Positions 23,891 through 33,898 of a stretch of DNA of 64,000 nucleotides are shown here, one piece after another. Position numbers and translations under genes: made by a program. Source of the stretch: an uncultured Gammaproteobacteria bacterium (lineage in GTDB: Bacteria > Pseudomonadota > Gammaproteobacteria > GCA-001735895). Position 1 is the first letter of the stretch. Each line of letters opens with the position of its first letter. The notes beneath the pieces are model-generated. The model was given only the letters and a program-made list of their open reading frames with translations, searched no databases and was not told the origin of the DNA. The stretch lies in NCBI GenBank assembly GCA_947259485.1, contig CAMYLU010000002.1:71841-135840 (forward strand), in the 5' to 3' direction.

Positions 23891-23981
23891 TCGGAATCTA
23901 TTTGCGGGACGCTGCGCGACAGGGACGTCGCGCGCGAGCCTACATGGATGTATTTACGGCGATCCCGCAAATAGATTCCGA
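23891..23981. repeat. Repeat module A, copy 1. A 52-bp conserved core nested in a perfect 19-bp inverted repeat 'tcggaatctatttgcggga'.
   Basis: Core matches the reverse complement of 30696-30747 with 2 mismatches. The flanking arms have entirely different sequence but are still a perfect palindrome. Confidence 0.6.
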
Positions 23982-24007
23982 CGACCGCGCCGCTCACGAA
24001 TATTTGG

Positions 24008-24925
24008 TTAGCCGCGGGGGTGGTGCTGGGCGTGGATCGACTGCAGGCGGGCCTGGGCGATGTGGGTGTAGATTTGCGTGGTTGAAAGACTGCTGTGGCC
24101 GAGCAGCATTTGTACGGTGCGTAGATCTGCACCATGATTTAGCAAGTGCGTGGCAAAAGCATGACGCAACGAATGTGGCGAGAATACCGTTTTCACACCG
24201 GCCTTGAGCAGGTATTTCTTGATATTCTGCCAAAGCGCCTGGCGCGTTATCGCGGTACCGCGACTCGATAAAAAAAGTGCGTCATTGGGCACTTTCTCGC
24301 GTTGTAAACCGGGGCGTGATTGCTTCACATACTTTGCCAACCAGTGCAATGCCTCTTCACCGACAGGAATAACACGTTCCTTACTGCCTTTGCCGATGAG
24401 CCGCACCAGGCCGAGGTTGGTGTTGACCTGGTTCATCTGCAAACCCACCAATTCACTGACGCGTAATCCGGAACTGTACATGAGTTCTAGCATGCAACGA
24501 TCTCGCATGCCAAAGTCAGTTTCCAGGTCGGGAGCCGACAACAACTTTTCGATATCGCTCTCGGTGAGCGACTGCGGCAGGGTGCGATGAATCCTGGGCG
24601 CGCTAATCAATGCAGTGGGATTGTCCTGGCGCTTACCGAGCTTGATTAAATGTCGATAGTACTGCTTCAGGGTGGACAATAAACGAGCATTAGAGCGTGC
24701 TGACGCACCACCATCAAACCGTTCGGCTAAAAAATCCTGGATACTGGACTGGTCGGCGCTAACCAGCTTTTGATTTCGCAGTCCCAACCAACGTGAGAAC
24801 TGGCGCAAATCCTGCTGGTAAGCACGTAAGGTTAGATCCGCCAAACCCTTTTGCGACCACAGGCTGTCGATATAACGGTCGATTTCCGGATCGTCGGGTT
24901 GAGGCGGCGATTTTTTCACAGGCAA
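24008..24925 (-). CDS. xerD: Site-specific tyrosine recombinase XerD.
   Basis: C-terminus '[38 protein letters not shown]...HHPRG' matches XerD. Confidence 0.85.
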   Translation of the reverse strand: [305 protein letters not shown]

Positions 24926-24978
24926 AAAAAAGGCACAGCAAGCTGTGCCTTTCGATCAGTCACTAACATGAAAATCCG

Positions 24979-25464
24979 TTACTTTTTCTTCCTGGGTTTT
25001 GCCGACCTGGCAGCAGCCGAGTTAGCTTTCCTGTCCCATCCACTAACAAAGCGTGCAATAGCTGCACCCCGTTTTGCGGATAGTTTACCCAGTGCATCCG
25101 CGCGTCTATTGGCGGCACGAACTTCATTTTTCAACCCAGCAACCTGCTTTTGCAATGCTTTTACCTTGGCATTAGCAGCTGAACTGGCTGAAGACTTCTT
25201 TTTAGCTGCGGGCCGTTTCCTGGCTGCTGGCCTGGCCGCTTTCTTTTTGACCGCGGGCCGAGTTGCTTTTCTCTTGGCTGCCGGTCGGGTTGCTTTTTTC
25301 TTGGCCGCAACTTTTCTTTTAGCTGCGGGTCTTTTCGCTACTTTTCTTTTAGCCGCGGGTCTTTTAGCTACTTTCTTTTTTACTGCAGGCTTGCGAGCCT
25401 TTTTCCTTACTGCGGGTTTTCTAGCTTTTGGTTTCGGCTTTGCTGCTTTCTTTGCTGTCGCCAT
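24979..25464 (-). CDS. Lys/Ala-rich histone H1-like (AlgP/Hc1-type) DNA-binding protein.
   Basis: 161 aa. N-terminal two-thirds consists of KRPAAKRKVA-type repeats. C-terminal helical region follows. Confidence 0.7.
   Translation of the reverse strand: MATAKKAAKPKPKARKPAVRKKARKPAVKKKVAKRPAAKRKVAKRPAAKRKVAAKKKATRPAAKRKATRPAVKKKAARPAARKRPAAKKKSSASSAANAKVKALQKQVAGLKNEVRAANRRADALGKLSAKRGAAIARFVSGWDRKANSAAARSAKPRKKK
25195..25445. repeat. Imperfect tandem DNA repeats (27-30 bp units) encoding the KPAA-type protein repeats.
   Basis: For example 'acttttcttttagc(t/c)gcgggtctttt(c/a)gct' occurs twice. Confidence 0.55.
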
Positions 25465-25678
25465 CGTCCAATCTCCTCACGTTAACTTACGAATGTGAAT
25501 ATAAAAAGCATTAACAATTATACCAGAGTAAGTCTGCAATAAATTGAGAACGCTACGCACTGAGTTACGTCGTGTATTATAGTTGCGTTGATAAAAAATT
25601 GTACGCATTTTTAAAATAATTTTTGCACAAAATAATTTTATAAAAAACTAGTATACAGATTAAAAAATCATCTCAATT

Positions 25679-26122
25679 ATGACTACAAGTTATTACCGTG
25701 ACTGTCCCTCGGCAAGTTTGATCAAACAGTTCGCTGCCATGTTGTATGACAGCTTGTTAATTTTTGCGGTGCTTTTTTTTGCGGCTGCAATCGCGTTGAT
25801 CTTCAACCAGGGTGGAGCGATCGAATCAAACCCGCTGTTCAATCTTTACCTGCTGTTTATTTTGTTTTCTTTTTACGCGTGGTTCTGGCACAAGTCGGGG
25901 CAAACCCTCGGCATGCGGGTGTGGAAAATTCGTATTGTCTCAGAGTTTGGCGGCAACCCCGGTTGGGGTACTAGCTACCTTCGCCTTGTGTTTGCTTTAC
26001 TTTCGATACTTTGTCTGGGCCTTGGGTATTTCTGGCGGCTTTTCAAGCCATATACCTGGCACGACAAACTCAGTCAGACCAGGGTTATCGACGTTTCAAG
26101 CCTGGTTTCGCTTGAAAAATAG
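25679..26122 (+). CDS. RDD family membrane protein.
   Basis: Three TM helices. 'HKSGQTLGMRVWKIRIV' is the RDD signature region. Confidence 0.7.
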   Translation: MTTSYYRDCPSASLIKQFAAMLYDSLLIFAVLFFAAAIALIFNQGGAIESNPLFNLYLLFILFSFYAWFWHKSGQTLGMRVWKIRIVSEFGGNPGWGTSYLRLVFALLSILCLGLGYFWRLFKPYTWHDKLSQTRVIDVSSLVSLEK

Positions 26123-27202
26123 TTCGCCGCCAGGCCCTTGAGACTGTTTTCTTGCCAACATGTAGAGTGCAAGTCCCAGAAATGTCATGATAGGTAACAG
26201 GGCAATTACCAGTGCATTGACTTCGAACTGAGTTCCCAGTTGTATCACGAGGCGGTCTACCACCACAAAGGCCAGGCCCAACAATATCCCGGTCAGCAGG
26301 CGCTGACCCGAACTGCCCTGTCGTTGAGAACCGAGCACAAACGGAAATGCCAGCAGGCACATTACAATAATGCTCAATGGTGCGAACAGCTTTTGCCAGA
26401 ATATCAGGCGCTCGACCGCATCATCCAGTTTACTTTCTTCAAGGAAGTTAAGATAGGCGCGTAAATCACTGGTAGACATCTGCCTGGGTTCTATCATCAG
26501 TACTTCGAGCAATTGGAGCGACAGGTTACCTTCATATAATATTTGATCGTAGCTAACCGTCTCCATTTTCCTGTCGCTGATTACTGATTTGTTGACCTGC
26601 TGTAACTCCCAGCCCTGCTCTAACGGAATAGCTCGCTCGGCTTTTAAAACAGAGTGTAATTTCCCCTGCTTATCCAGTTCATATATTTCGATATCGCGTG
26701 CGACTCCGTTTGGTAGAAGTTGATCAATATGCAATATTCTTGATTCGTCCTTTGTCCACAGCCCCTCGCGGACAATTAGTGCCGATGTTTCTTCCTGCGC
26801 GAGACTCTTAACGTTGCGTGCGTAAGTTTCACTGTCCGGTACCACCCAGTCAGCGAGTAGAAAATTAAGTACAGCTATTATCGCTGCTGCCTGAATAACC
26901 GGACTGACTAATTTTGCCAGGGAAACCCCGGAAGCCTGCATAGCGATGATCTCGCTATTACTGGCCAGAGCACCCAAACCCAGTATGCTACCCAGCAGGA
27001 CAGCCAACGGCATAAATTCAACTACTTTCCCAGGTACGCTCAAAACCACAAATTTAATTATTTGCAGGATGTCGTACTGCCCCTCGCCAAGATCATCAAG
27101 CTGGCCGACAAAAAGGAAAATCAGGCCGAGACCAACTAACGCCAGCAATGCAGTAAAGGTACCCAGATGAATCGTGCGAATAATATATCGACTAATTATC
27201 AT
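26096..27202 (-). CDS. lptG: LPS export ABC permease LptG.
   Basis: YjgP/YjgQ family, 368 aa. Follows lptF with a 4-nt overlap. Confidence 0.85.
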   Translation of the reverse strand: MIISRYIIRTIHLGTFTALLALVGLGLIFLFVGQLDDLGEGQYDILQIIKFVVLSVPGKVVEFMPLAVLLGSILGLGALASNSEIIAMQASGVSLAKLVSPVIQAAAIIAVLNFLLADWVVPDSETYARNVKSLAQEETSALIVREGLWTKDESRILHIDQLLPNGVARDIEIYELDKQGKLHSVLKAERAIPLEQGWELQQVNKSVISDRKMETVSYDQILYEGNLSLQLLEVLMIEPRQMSTSDLRAYLNFLEESKLDDAVERLIFWQKLFAPLSIIVMCLLAFPFVLGSQRQGSSGQRLLTGILLGLAFVVVDRLVIQLGTQFEVNALVIALLPIMTFLGLALYMLARKQSQGPGGELFFKRNQA

Positions 27203-28296
27203 GATGCAGAACCGGGCCTGAAAAACATCACGCCCTTGTTACGTCGAAACAGTAGTACACAGGTAAAAGCGATAAACAATAGATGTACCCACCAAAAATT
27301 GACAATCATGGGTATCGTTCCTGCTTCCAATTGAGCACGGGTTACCACGATCAAATTGAGATAAGCGATGTAAACCAGAAGCGCAATTCCTACTTTTCCA
27401 AAGCGCCCTTGACGAGGAGCAATATACGATAGCGGCACTGCAAGCAATGCCAGAACTGTGAGTAAAACTGGAATAGTAATCCGCCATTGCAGCTCAACCC
27501 GGTCTCTGATCCGTTTGGACGTCCAGAGCTCCGCTACCGTTTTTTCGATACTGCGAACACGGGAGTCTGTTGCCTTGTTTTGCTTCTTGACTAGTATCCC
27601 GTGCCGGTCATAGTCGATAATCTTGAAGTTCTTTTGTCCGGCCACGCCTTCGACTCGCTGGCCGGGCCCTACAACCAGAAATAAATCACCACTCTGTTCA
27701 TCCAGCTGTTGACGACCAGATTTCGCAGTCTCCAGGATCATCGCATCCCGATCAGTCTGGCCGATTATTACATCCTGCAATTCAAGTTTGTCGGCACTTA
27801 ACGTTTCCATAAAAAAAACCGTGTCGCCAGCTTCGCTCTGGTTAAATTGTCCTGGCTTTATTTGATGAAACTCGTGCTGGTTATTTTCCTGGTCAATAAT
27901 CGCCCGTGCGTTACTCTGCATTTTTGCATTGAGTGACAGGCTGGCATAGCTGGTGAGCAAGAGCAACGGCAGCAGTACAATGGCGACGGCCTTATAAAAA
28001 TCACGATACCCAATACCACAGGCGTTCATTACCACTATTTCGTGATCTTTATACATGCGGCCAAAGGTAAAAATAGTACCCAGAAAAAAACTGATCGGCA
28101 GCAACAAGACCAACATGTTGACCGACTGGCTCAACATGACTGGCCACAGTGCCTGTCGGGGGATATCACCGTCGGCAATATCAGCCAATACCCTGCCCAG
28201 GGCATTACTCATCAGAATAATATATAAAACCAGCATCGTGGCGGCGCTGGTTTTAATAATTTCCCGCGACAGGTATGTGGTTATGATGTTATTCAT
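27199..28296 (-). CDS. lptF: LPS export ABC permease LptF.
   Basis: YjgP/YjgQ family, 365 aa. Divergent from pepA as in E. coli. Confidence 0.85.
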   Translation of the reverse strand: MNNIITTYLSREIIKTSAATMLVLYIILMSNALGRVLADIADGDIPRQALWPVMLSQSVNMLVLLLPISFFLGTIFTFGRMYKDHEIVVMNACGIGYRDFYKAVAIVLLPLLLLTSYASLSLNAKMQSNARAIIDQENNQHEFHQIKPGQFNQSEAGDTVFFMETLSADKLELQDVIIGQTDRDAMILETAKSGRQQLDEQSGDLFLVVGPGQRVEGVAGQKNFKIIDYDRHGILVKKQNKATDSRVRSIEKTVAELWTSKRIRDRVELQWRITIPVLLTVLALLAVPLSYIAPRQGRFGKVGIALLVYIAYLNLIVVTRAQLEAGTIPMIVNFWWVHLLFIAFTCVLLFRRNKGVMFFRPGSAS

Positions 28297-28454
28297 TGCT
28301 GAATAGAGATCCGATTCATTAAACCTGTATCAGTCTGAATGCCGGTTACTTAAACCAGGCTGAATAATTGCAGGGTTTTTATATATACGACTGGTTTTTT
28401 TTAGCACTTCACGTATCTTATCGCGTAATTAAAGCTACCAACACCTGGAAAGTC

Positions 28455-29942
28455 ATGGAATTCGGTCTTAAACACAATGCACCTGAAAATGCGCGCAGCG
28501 CCTGTCAAATTATAACTGTTTCCCAGGCGCGAAAACTATCCCGCAGCGGCCAGCGAGTCGACAAGGCCAGCAAGGGATTCCTGACTTCGATCACCAGGCG
28601 TGGCGACATGGAAGGAAAGCTGGGACAAACGCTGCTGCTGCCCGACGTTTCCGGAATTTCAGCTCAACGCGTTTTATTGGTTGGCTGTGGCAAGGAAAGC
28701 GACATGAATGAGCGCAACTTTACCAGGTTGATCAGCTCGATCGTGAGTGCGCTATCCGCTTGCGGCGCCCGTGATGCGGAATTCTATCCCGGGGACATTG
28801 GCTTAAAGGGACGCGACCTGGCCTGGAAAATCCGCCAGGCGACGTTGCTTATGAACAATAGCGAGTACCAATTCGATCAGCTAAAAAGCGGCAAGACCTC
28901 GACAAGCAAGGGTTTGCGCAGGCTAAACCACAATCTGCCGAGGAGTGATGCAAGCAAGGCAAAGCAGGCGATCAGCGAAGCGCAGGCGATCAGCGCGGGC
29001 ATGAGTATCGCCCGGGACCTCGGCAATCTGCCGGCAAACATCTGCACTCCAACCTACATAGCCAGGCAGGCCAGGCTGGTAGCCAAGGGAGAGAAACGGC
29101 TGCGTGTCAATGTGCTTGACGAGGCTGCCATGAAGCGGCTGAAAATGGGATCATTGCTCTCGGTGAGTGCCGGTAGCCGACAGCCGGCCAAATTGATTTG
29201 CATGGAATACCGTGGTGCCGCAGCCAAACAACAGCCGATAGCACTGGTGGGTAAAGGCGTTACTTTCGATACCGGCGGGATATCGCTAAAGCCCGGCGCC
29301 GCGATGGATGAAATGAAATTTGATATGTGCGGTGCGGCATCGGTAGTCGGGACTCTAAAGGCCGTCACACAAATGCAGTTGCCGATAAACGTGGTCGGAA
29401 TTATTCCGGCCACCGAAAACATGCCCGATGGTCTCGCCACCAAGCCGGGTGATATCGTCACCAGCATGTCAGGACAAACCATCGAGATTCTCAATACCGA
29501 TGCCGAGGGTCGCCTGATTCTTTGTGATGCCCTGACCTACGCAGCCAAATTTAAGCCCCGTTGTGTTATCGATATTGCTACTTTAACCGGTGCCGCGATA
29601 ATTGCCCTCGGCAAGGTTCCTTCGGCGGTGCTCGGTAATAATCGCTCATTAATCGACGGCCTGATAAAGAGCGGACAACAAATTGAAGATAAAATCTGGG
29701 AGCTGCCGCTGTGGGACGAATACCAGGACCAGCTCAAAAGTAATTTTGCCGATATGGCCAATATCGGCGGTCGCGATGCCGGCACCATAACCGCGGCCTG
29801 TTTCCTGTCACGTTTTACCCGGGATTACAAATGGGCGCACCTGGATATCGCGGGGACCGCGTGGAAATCGGGAGAAGATAAAGGTGCTACCGGTCGTCCT
29901 GTTCCGCTGCTCACCCAGTACATACTCAACCAGGTCAAGTAA
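28455..29942 (+). CDS. pepA: Leucyl aminopeptidase (cytosol aminopeptidase A).
   Basis: Start corrected to 'MEFGLKHNAPE'. 'NTDAEGRL' active-site motif and 'VGKGVTFDTGGISLKP'. Confidence 0.9.
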   Translation: MEFGLKHNAPENARSACQIITVSQARKLSRSGQRVDKASKGFLTSITRRGDMEGKLGQTLLLPDVSGISAQRVLLVGCGKESDMNERNFTRLISSIVSALSACGARDAEFYPGDIGLKGRDLAWKIRQATLLMNNSEYQFDQLKSGKTSTSKGLRRLNHNLPRSDASKAKQAISEAQAISAGMSIARDLGNLPANICTPTYIARQARLVAKGEKRLRVNVLDEAAMKRLKMGSLLSVSAGSRQPAKLICMEYRGAAAKQQPIALVGKGVTFDTGGISLKPGAAMDEMKFDMCGAASVVGTLKAVTQMQLPINVVGIIPATENMPDGLATKPGDIVTSMSGQTIEILNTDAEGRLILCDALTYAAKFKPRCVIDIATLTGAAIIALGKVPSAVLGNNRSLIDGLIKSGQQIEDKIWELPLWDEYQDQLKSNFADMANIGGRDAGTITAACFLSRFTRDYKWAHLDIAGTAWKSGEDKGATGRPVPLLTQYILNQVK

Positions 29943-30355
29943 TGACGCGGATTGATTTCTACCAGTTAAACCCCGGGCGCAGTCGCTACGACCAGGTGGT
30001 TTGCCAGTTGTGCCAGAAGGCTTATGAAAACAAGCAGCTCACCCTGTTACTGACGCAAAGCCAGCAGCAAAGCGAGCATCTCGATAAAAGACTCTGGACT
30101 TACTCTGACGAAACTTTTCTACCTCACGATAGAGAGGAAACAGATGGTCTCGTAACCCCTATTCTGATCCATGACAATCCCGATCCGGGTGGCGATCGTC
30201 AACTGCTTATCAATTTATCCGCCTCGGTACCGGCCTACTTCGCTCAATTTGAGCGCGTCATTGAACTGGTGACCGAGGAAAACAAGACGCAGGCGCGTTT
30301 ACACTACAGTTACTACAAGGAGCGTGGTTATCCACTTAACCACATCAACCTATGA
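29942..30355 (+). CDS. holC: DNA polymerase III chi subunit.
   Basis: 137 aa. 'RIDFYQL...' and conserved position between pepA and valS. Confidence 0.8.
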   Translation: MTRIDFYQLNPGRSRYDQVVCQLCQKAYENKQLTLLLTQSQQQSEHLDKRLWTYSDETFLPHDREETDGLVTPILIHDNPDPGGDRQLLINLSASVPAYFAQFERVIELVTEENKTQARLHYSYYKERGYPLNHINL

Positions 30356-30636
30356 GCGATCAAAAAGACATTCCGGTTCTAACCGACATGATTGAAAAGG
30401 GTATCGAGATCAAGATGTCGGATCTGGGCCTCGACGAAAGCCCGGATGGCGGAACTGCAGAACCATTCATTGTAAATTCCGAAACCGATATCGCCGCTTC
30501 TGAAGCGGAGGCCATGGACCCGTTCGAAGATAACCCGGCACTCGAAAAAGCCATCCGTCGAATTCTCGATGAACATACGGAACTCGCCTGGCAGGAAATC
30601 AAGCTCGTAATCCGACGCCACCTCGACAAACTCTGA
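30352..30636 (+). CDS. Hypothetical acidic protein, 94 aa.
   Basis: The ORF start overlaps the holC stop, which suggests coupling. No family recognised. Confidence 0.5.
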   Translation: MSDQKDIPVLTDMIEKGIEIKMSDLGLDESPDGGTAEPFIVNSETDIAASEAEAMDPFEDNPALEKAIRRILDEHTELAWQEIKLVIRRHLDKL

Positions 30637-30676
30637 GACTCCTCCCTCAATAAAGTCCCAGTAAGGGCATGCCGAT

Positions 30677-30765
30677 CAGGATGTCTTTTCAGAAACGCCG
30701 TAAATACGTCCATGTAGGCTCGCGCGCGACATCCCTGTCGCGCAGCGTTCTGAAAAGACATCCTG
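30677..30765. repeat. Repeat module A, copy 2. Same 52-bp core in inverted orientation, nested in a different perfect 18-bp inverted repeat 'caggatgtcttttcagaa'.
   Basis: See copy 1. Confidence 0.6.
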
Positions 30766-30844
30766 ACCGCCACGCCCGTTAAGGTATTCGTTACTTTCAG
30801 GAAGTAATCCTCAAAAGTTAAGTTGACAAGCAATTATTAAAGAA

Positions 30845-30973
30845 GCTGCTTTGGGGGAAAGACTGCAAAAGTGTAGCGAGGCAGGACGCCGAGCTCCAAG
30901 CGATTCCATGGATGGACCAAACGGCGCTTGCGCCGTTTGAGAGCGCCTTTTGCAGACTTTCCCCCAAAGCAGC
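30845..30973. repeat. Repeat module B, copy 2. Core palindrome 'caaacggcgcaagcgccgtttg', nested in a perfect 27-bp inverted repeat 'gctgctttgggggaaagactgcaaaag'.
   Basis: See copy 1. The central palindrome carries a compensatory a/c and t/g change relative to copy 1. Confidence 0.6.
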
Positions 30974-31012
30974 GTGGTAATAGAAACAGTGCATTTTTGA
31001 AGGGGGGCACGG

Positions 31013-31018
31013 TATAAT
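31013..31018 (+). promoter_or_regulatory. Candidate -10 hexamer 'tataat' for valS, 30 bp upstream of the start. No convincing -35.
   Basis: Read from sequence. Confidence 0.3.
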
Positions 31019-31047
31019 CGCGCCCTTTGATTTGCGCCACCGAGTTG

Positions 31048-33816
31048 ATGGAAAAAACCTACGACCCACATTCAATAGAAGAAACCTGGTACCAACGTTG
31101 GGAAGATAAGGGTTACTTCGCTGCCGACGGAGACGGTGATCCCTACTGCATCGTGATCCCGCCACCCAACGTGACTGGCAGTCTACATATGGGTCACGCC
31201 TTCCAGGACACGATCATGGATACGCTGATCCGCTATCACCGCATGAAGGGCAACAATACCCTGTGGCAACCGGGTACGGATCACGCCGGTATCGCGACGC
31301 AAATGGTGGTCGAACGGCAATTGGTGCAAGAAGGCAAGACCCGGCATGACCTGGGTCGTGACGCGTTCACTGATCGCGTGTGGAAATGGAAAGCGGAATC
31401 CGGCGGCACAATTACGCGCCAGTTGCGACGCATGGGTGCGTCACCCGACTGGGCACGCGAACGTTTCACCATGGATGAAGGACTGTCGGCCGCGGTGCAA
31501 AAAGTTTTTATCGAGCTTTACGAGGATGACCTGATTTATAGGGGTAAGCGACTGGTAAACTGGGATCCGGTACTGCATACCGCCATCTCTGATATCGAAG
31601 TCATCAACGAGGAAGAGAAAGGGTTTCTGTATCATGTCCGCTACCCGCTGGTCGACGGACCCATCAACGGTGTCACCCATCTTGAAATCGCGACCACGAG
31701 ACCCGAGACCATTCTTGCCGATGGCGCACTCGCGGTCAGCGCTGATGACGAGCGTTACCAGGATTTTGTGGGTCAAAAAGTACAGGTACCGATGACTACC
31801 CGAATCATCCCGATCATCATTGACGACTATGTGGATCCGGAGTTTGGCACCGGTTGCGTCAAGATTACGCCAGCGCATGACTTCAACGATTACGAGGTAG
31901 GCCAACGCCACGAGATGGAGGTGATCAACCTGTTCACCATCGACGCAATCATGAACGAAAACGCGCCATCGGCTTACCAGGGAATGGATCGCTTCAAGGC
32001 CCGCGACAAGATCGTAAAGGACCTCGAAAAAGCAGGACTGATGGTCAAAATTGAAGACCACGTCTACAAACGCCCATACGGTGATCGATCCGGTGTCGTC
32101 ATCGAACCCTACCTGACTGACCAATGGTTCGTGCGCGCTGCACCGCTGGCAAAACCGTCTATTGAAGCCGTCAAGGACGGGCGTATTCGATTCATTCCGG
32201 AGAACTGGAGCAAGACCTATTACAACTGGATGGAAGACATCCAGGACTGGTGCATCTCGCGCCAGATCTGGTGGGGCCACCGAATTCCCGCGTGGTACGA
32301 TAACTACGGCAACGTCTATGTCGCCACCGACATCGATGAGGTCCGCCACAAGTACGAGCTCGCCGACGATATCGAACTCACCCAGGACGAGGACGTTCTC
32401 GATACCTGGTTTTCATCGGCACTATGGCCGTTCAGCACGCTTGGCTGGCCCGATCGTGATGACCCGGCGTTAAAAACCTTTTACCCGACCAGCGTACTCG
32501 TTACCGGGTTCGACATCATCTTTTTCTGGGTCGCACGCATGATCATGTTCGGTCTCAAGTTTATGGATGAAGTGCCCTTTAGAGAAATTTACATGCACGG
32601 CCTGGTACGCGACGCCGAGGGCAACAAGATGTCAAAGTCCAAGGGTAATGTGCTCGATCCGCTGGACCTGATCGACGGCATTACGCTCGAAGACCTGTTG
32701 GCGAAGCGCACTACCGGGCTGATGCAACCCGAAATGGCACCGCGCATCGAAAAGGCCACTCGCAAACATTTTCCTGACGGCATTCCGGCCTATGGCACCG
32801 ATGCGCTGCGTTTTACCTTTACTGCGCTGGCTTCAACCGGGCGCGATATCCGTTTCGACCTGGGGCGCATTGAGGGATACCGTAATTTTTGTAACAAGCT
32901 ATGGAACGCAACACGCTACGTGCTGCAGAATACAGAAGGCGAGGACTGCACCGCGGGCACTCCAACACTGGCAGATCGATGGATCATCGCCCGCCTGCAG
33001 CAGGTCAGCGAGGGTATTGGCAAACACGTAGAAAATTATCGTTTCGATCACGTCGCGCGTGATTTGTATGAATTTGTCTGGAATGACTATTGCGACTGGT
33101 ACATCGAGCTATCCAAGCCGGTGCTCTATTCCGAGGATTACCCGGTCGGCGCAAAGAAAGCCGCGCGCCACACGCTGGTTACGGTGCTCGAAGCCATATT
33201 GCGCCTGTTACACCCGGTCATGCCCTACATCACCGAAGAACTGTGGCAACGTGTCGCACCGCTCGCATGGATTGAGGGTGAAACGATAATGCGCCGACCC
33301 TACCCCGAGGCCGACCCGGCACTAATTGATGAAGTGGCGCTGGCTGAACTGGAATGGGTAAAAACTTTTGTCATGGGCGTACGCCAGATTCGCTCCGAGA
33401 TGGATATAAAACCGGGCAAGCTGTTGCCGGTAATCTGTCACAATGGCGATCAACATGATCGACAAAGCATCGAAGCCAATCGTTCACTGCTGATGTCGTT
33501 GGCAAAGCTGGAATCCATTGACTGGCTGGAGCAGGATGCCCAGGCCCCGGAATCCGCCATTTCGCTGGTGGGAGAAATGCAACTATTGATTCCGCTCGCC
33601 GGACTGATCGATAAAAACTCCGAACTCCAGCGTTTACAACGGAATATTGAAAAACTGGAGCAGGATGCACAGCGTATCAACGCGAAGCTGGCGAACGAAA
33701 ATTTTGTCTCACGTGCCCCGGAAGACGTGGTCAACAAGGAAAAGAGTAAACTCGCAGATACCGAGTCGGCGCTTGGGAGCTTGCGCGCACAGGCGCAAAG
33801 GATAGCGGCAATATAA
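31048..33816 (+). CDS. valS: Valyl-tRNA synthetase.
   Basis: Start corrected to '[12 protein letters not shown]'. '[14 protein letters not shown]' is the HIGH motif and 'KMSKSKGN' is KMSKS. C-terminal coiled coil. Confidence 0.95.
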   Translation: MEKTYDPHSIEETWYQRWEDKGYFAADGDGDPYCIVIPPPNVTGSLHMGHAFQDTIMDTLIRYHRMKGNNTLWQPGTDHAGIATQMVVERQLVQEGKTRHDLGRDAFTDRVWKWKAESGGTITRQLRRMGASPDWARERFTMDEGLSAAVQKVFIELYEDDLIYRGKRLVNWDPVLHTAISDIEVINEEEKGFLYHVRYPLVDGPINGVTHLEIATTRPETILADGALAVSADDERYQDFVGQKVQVPMTTRIIPIIIDDYVDPEFGTGCVKITPAHDFNDYEVGQRHEMEVINLFTIDAIMNENAPSAYQGMDRFKARDKIVKDLEKAGLMVKIEDHVYKRPYGDRSGVVIEPYLTDQWFVRAAPLAKPSIEAVKDGRIRFIPENWSKTYYNWMEDIQDWCISRQIWWGHRIPAWYDNYGNVYVATDIDEVRHKYELADDIELTQDEDVLDTWFSSALWPFSTLGWPDRDDPALKTFYPTSVLVTGFDIIFFWVARMIMFGLKFMDEVPFREIYMHGLVRDAEGNKMSKSKGNVLDPLDLIDGITLEDLLAKRTTGLMQPEMAPRIEKATRKHFPDGIPAYGTDALRFTFTALASTGRDIRFDLGRIEGYRNFCNKLWNATRYVLQNTEGEDCTAGTPTLADRWIIARLQQVSEGIGKHVENYRFDHVARDLYEFVWNDYCDWYIELSKPVLYSEDYPVGAKKAARHTLVTVLEAILRLLHPVMPYITEELWQRVAPLAWIEGETIMRRPYPEADPALIDEVALAELEWVKTFVMGVRQIRSEMDIKPGKLLPVICHNGDQHDRQSIEANRSLLMSLAKLESIDWLEQDAQAPESAISLVGEMQLLIPLAGLIDKNSELQRLQRNIEKLEQDAQRINAKLANENFVSRAPEDVVNKEKSKLADTESALGSLRAQAQRIAAI

Positions 33817-33898
33817 TCACCGCAGGTATTGTGAACTTTTTTATCGGCTACGGTTCAAACCAGCTACAAAGGTAAATAAAATTCTGGGGAATCGACAA

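Noticed and set aside
23884-24207. 107-aa ORF and its minus-strand partner (23854-24135) at the xerD 3' end.
   Set aside because: Both are read through repeat module A and the xerD coding region. They are artefacts of the repeat.
24851-25498. 215-aa ORF antisense to the histone-like gene.
   Set aside because: It is generated by the tandem repeats (poly-Ala/Leu/Phe frame). The sense frame gives the recognisable KPAA-type protein.
28975-29000. Short direct repeat 'caggcgatcagcg' x2 inside pepA (encoding QAISEAQAIS).
   Set aside because: A 13-bp duplication within a coding region. Probably a trivial in-frame slippage and not a feature.
31441-32349. 302-aa ORF antisense within valS.
   Set aside because: It overlaps a highly conserved aaRS gene, with no start context or homology.
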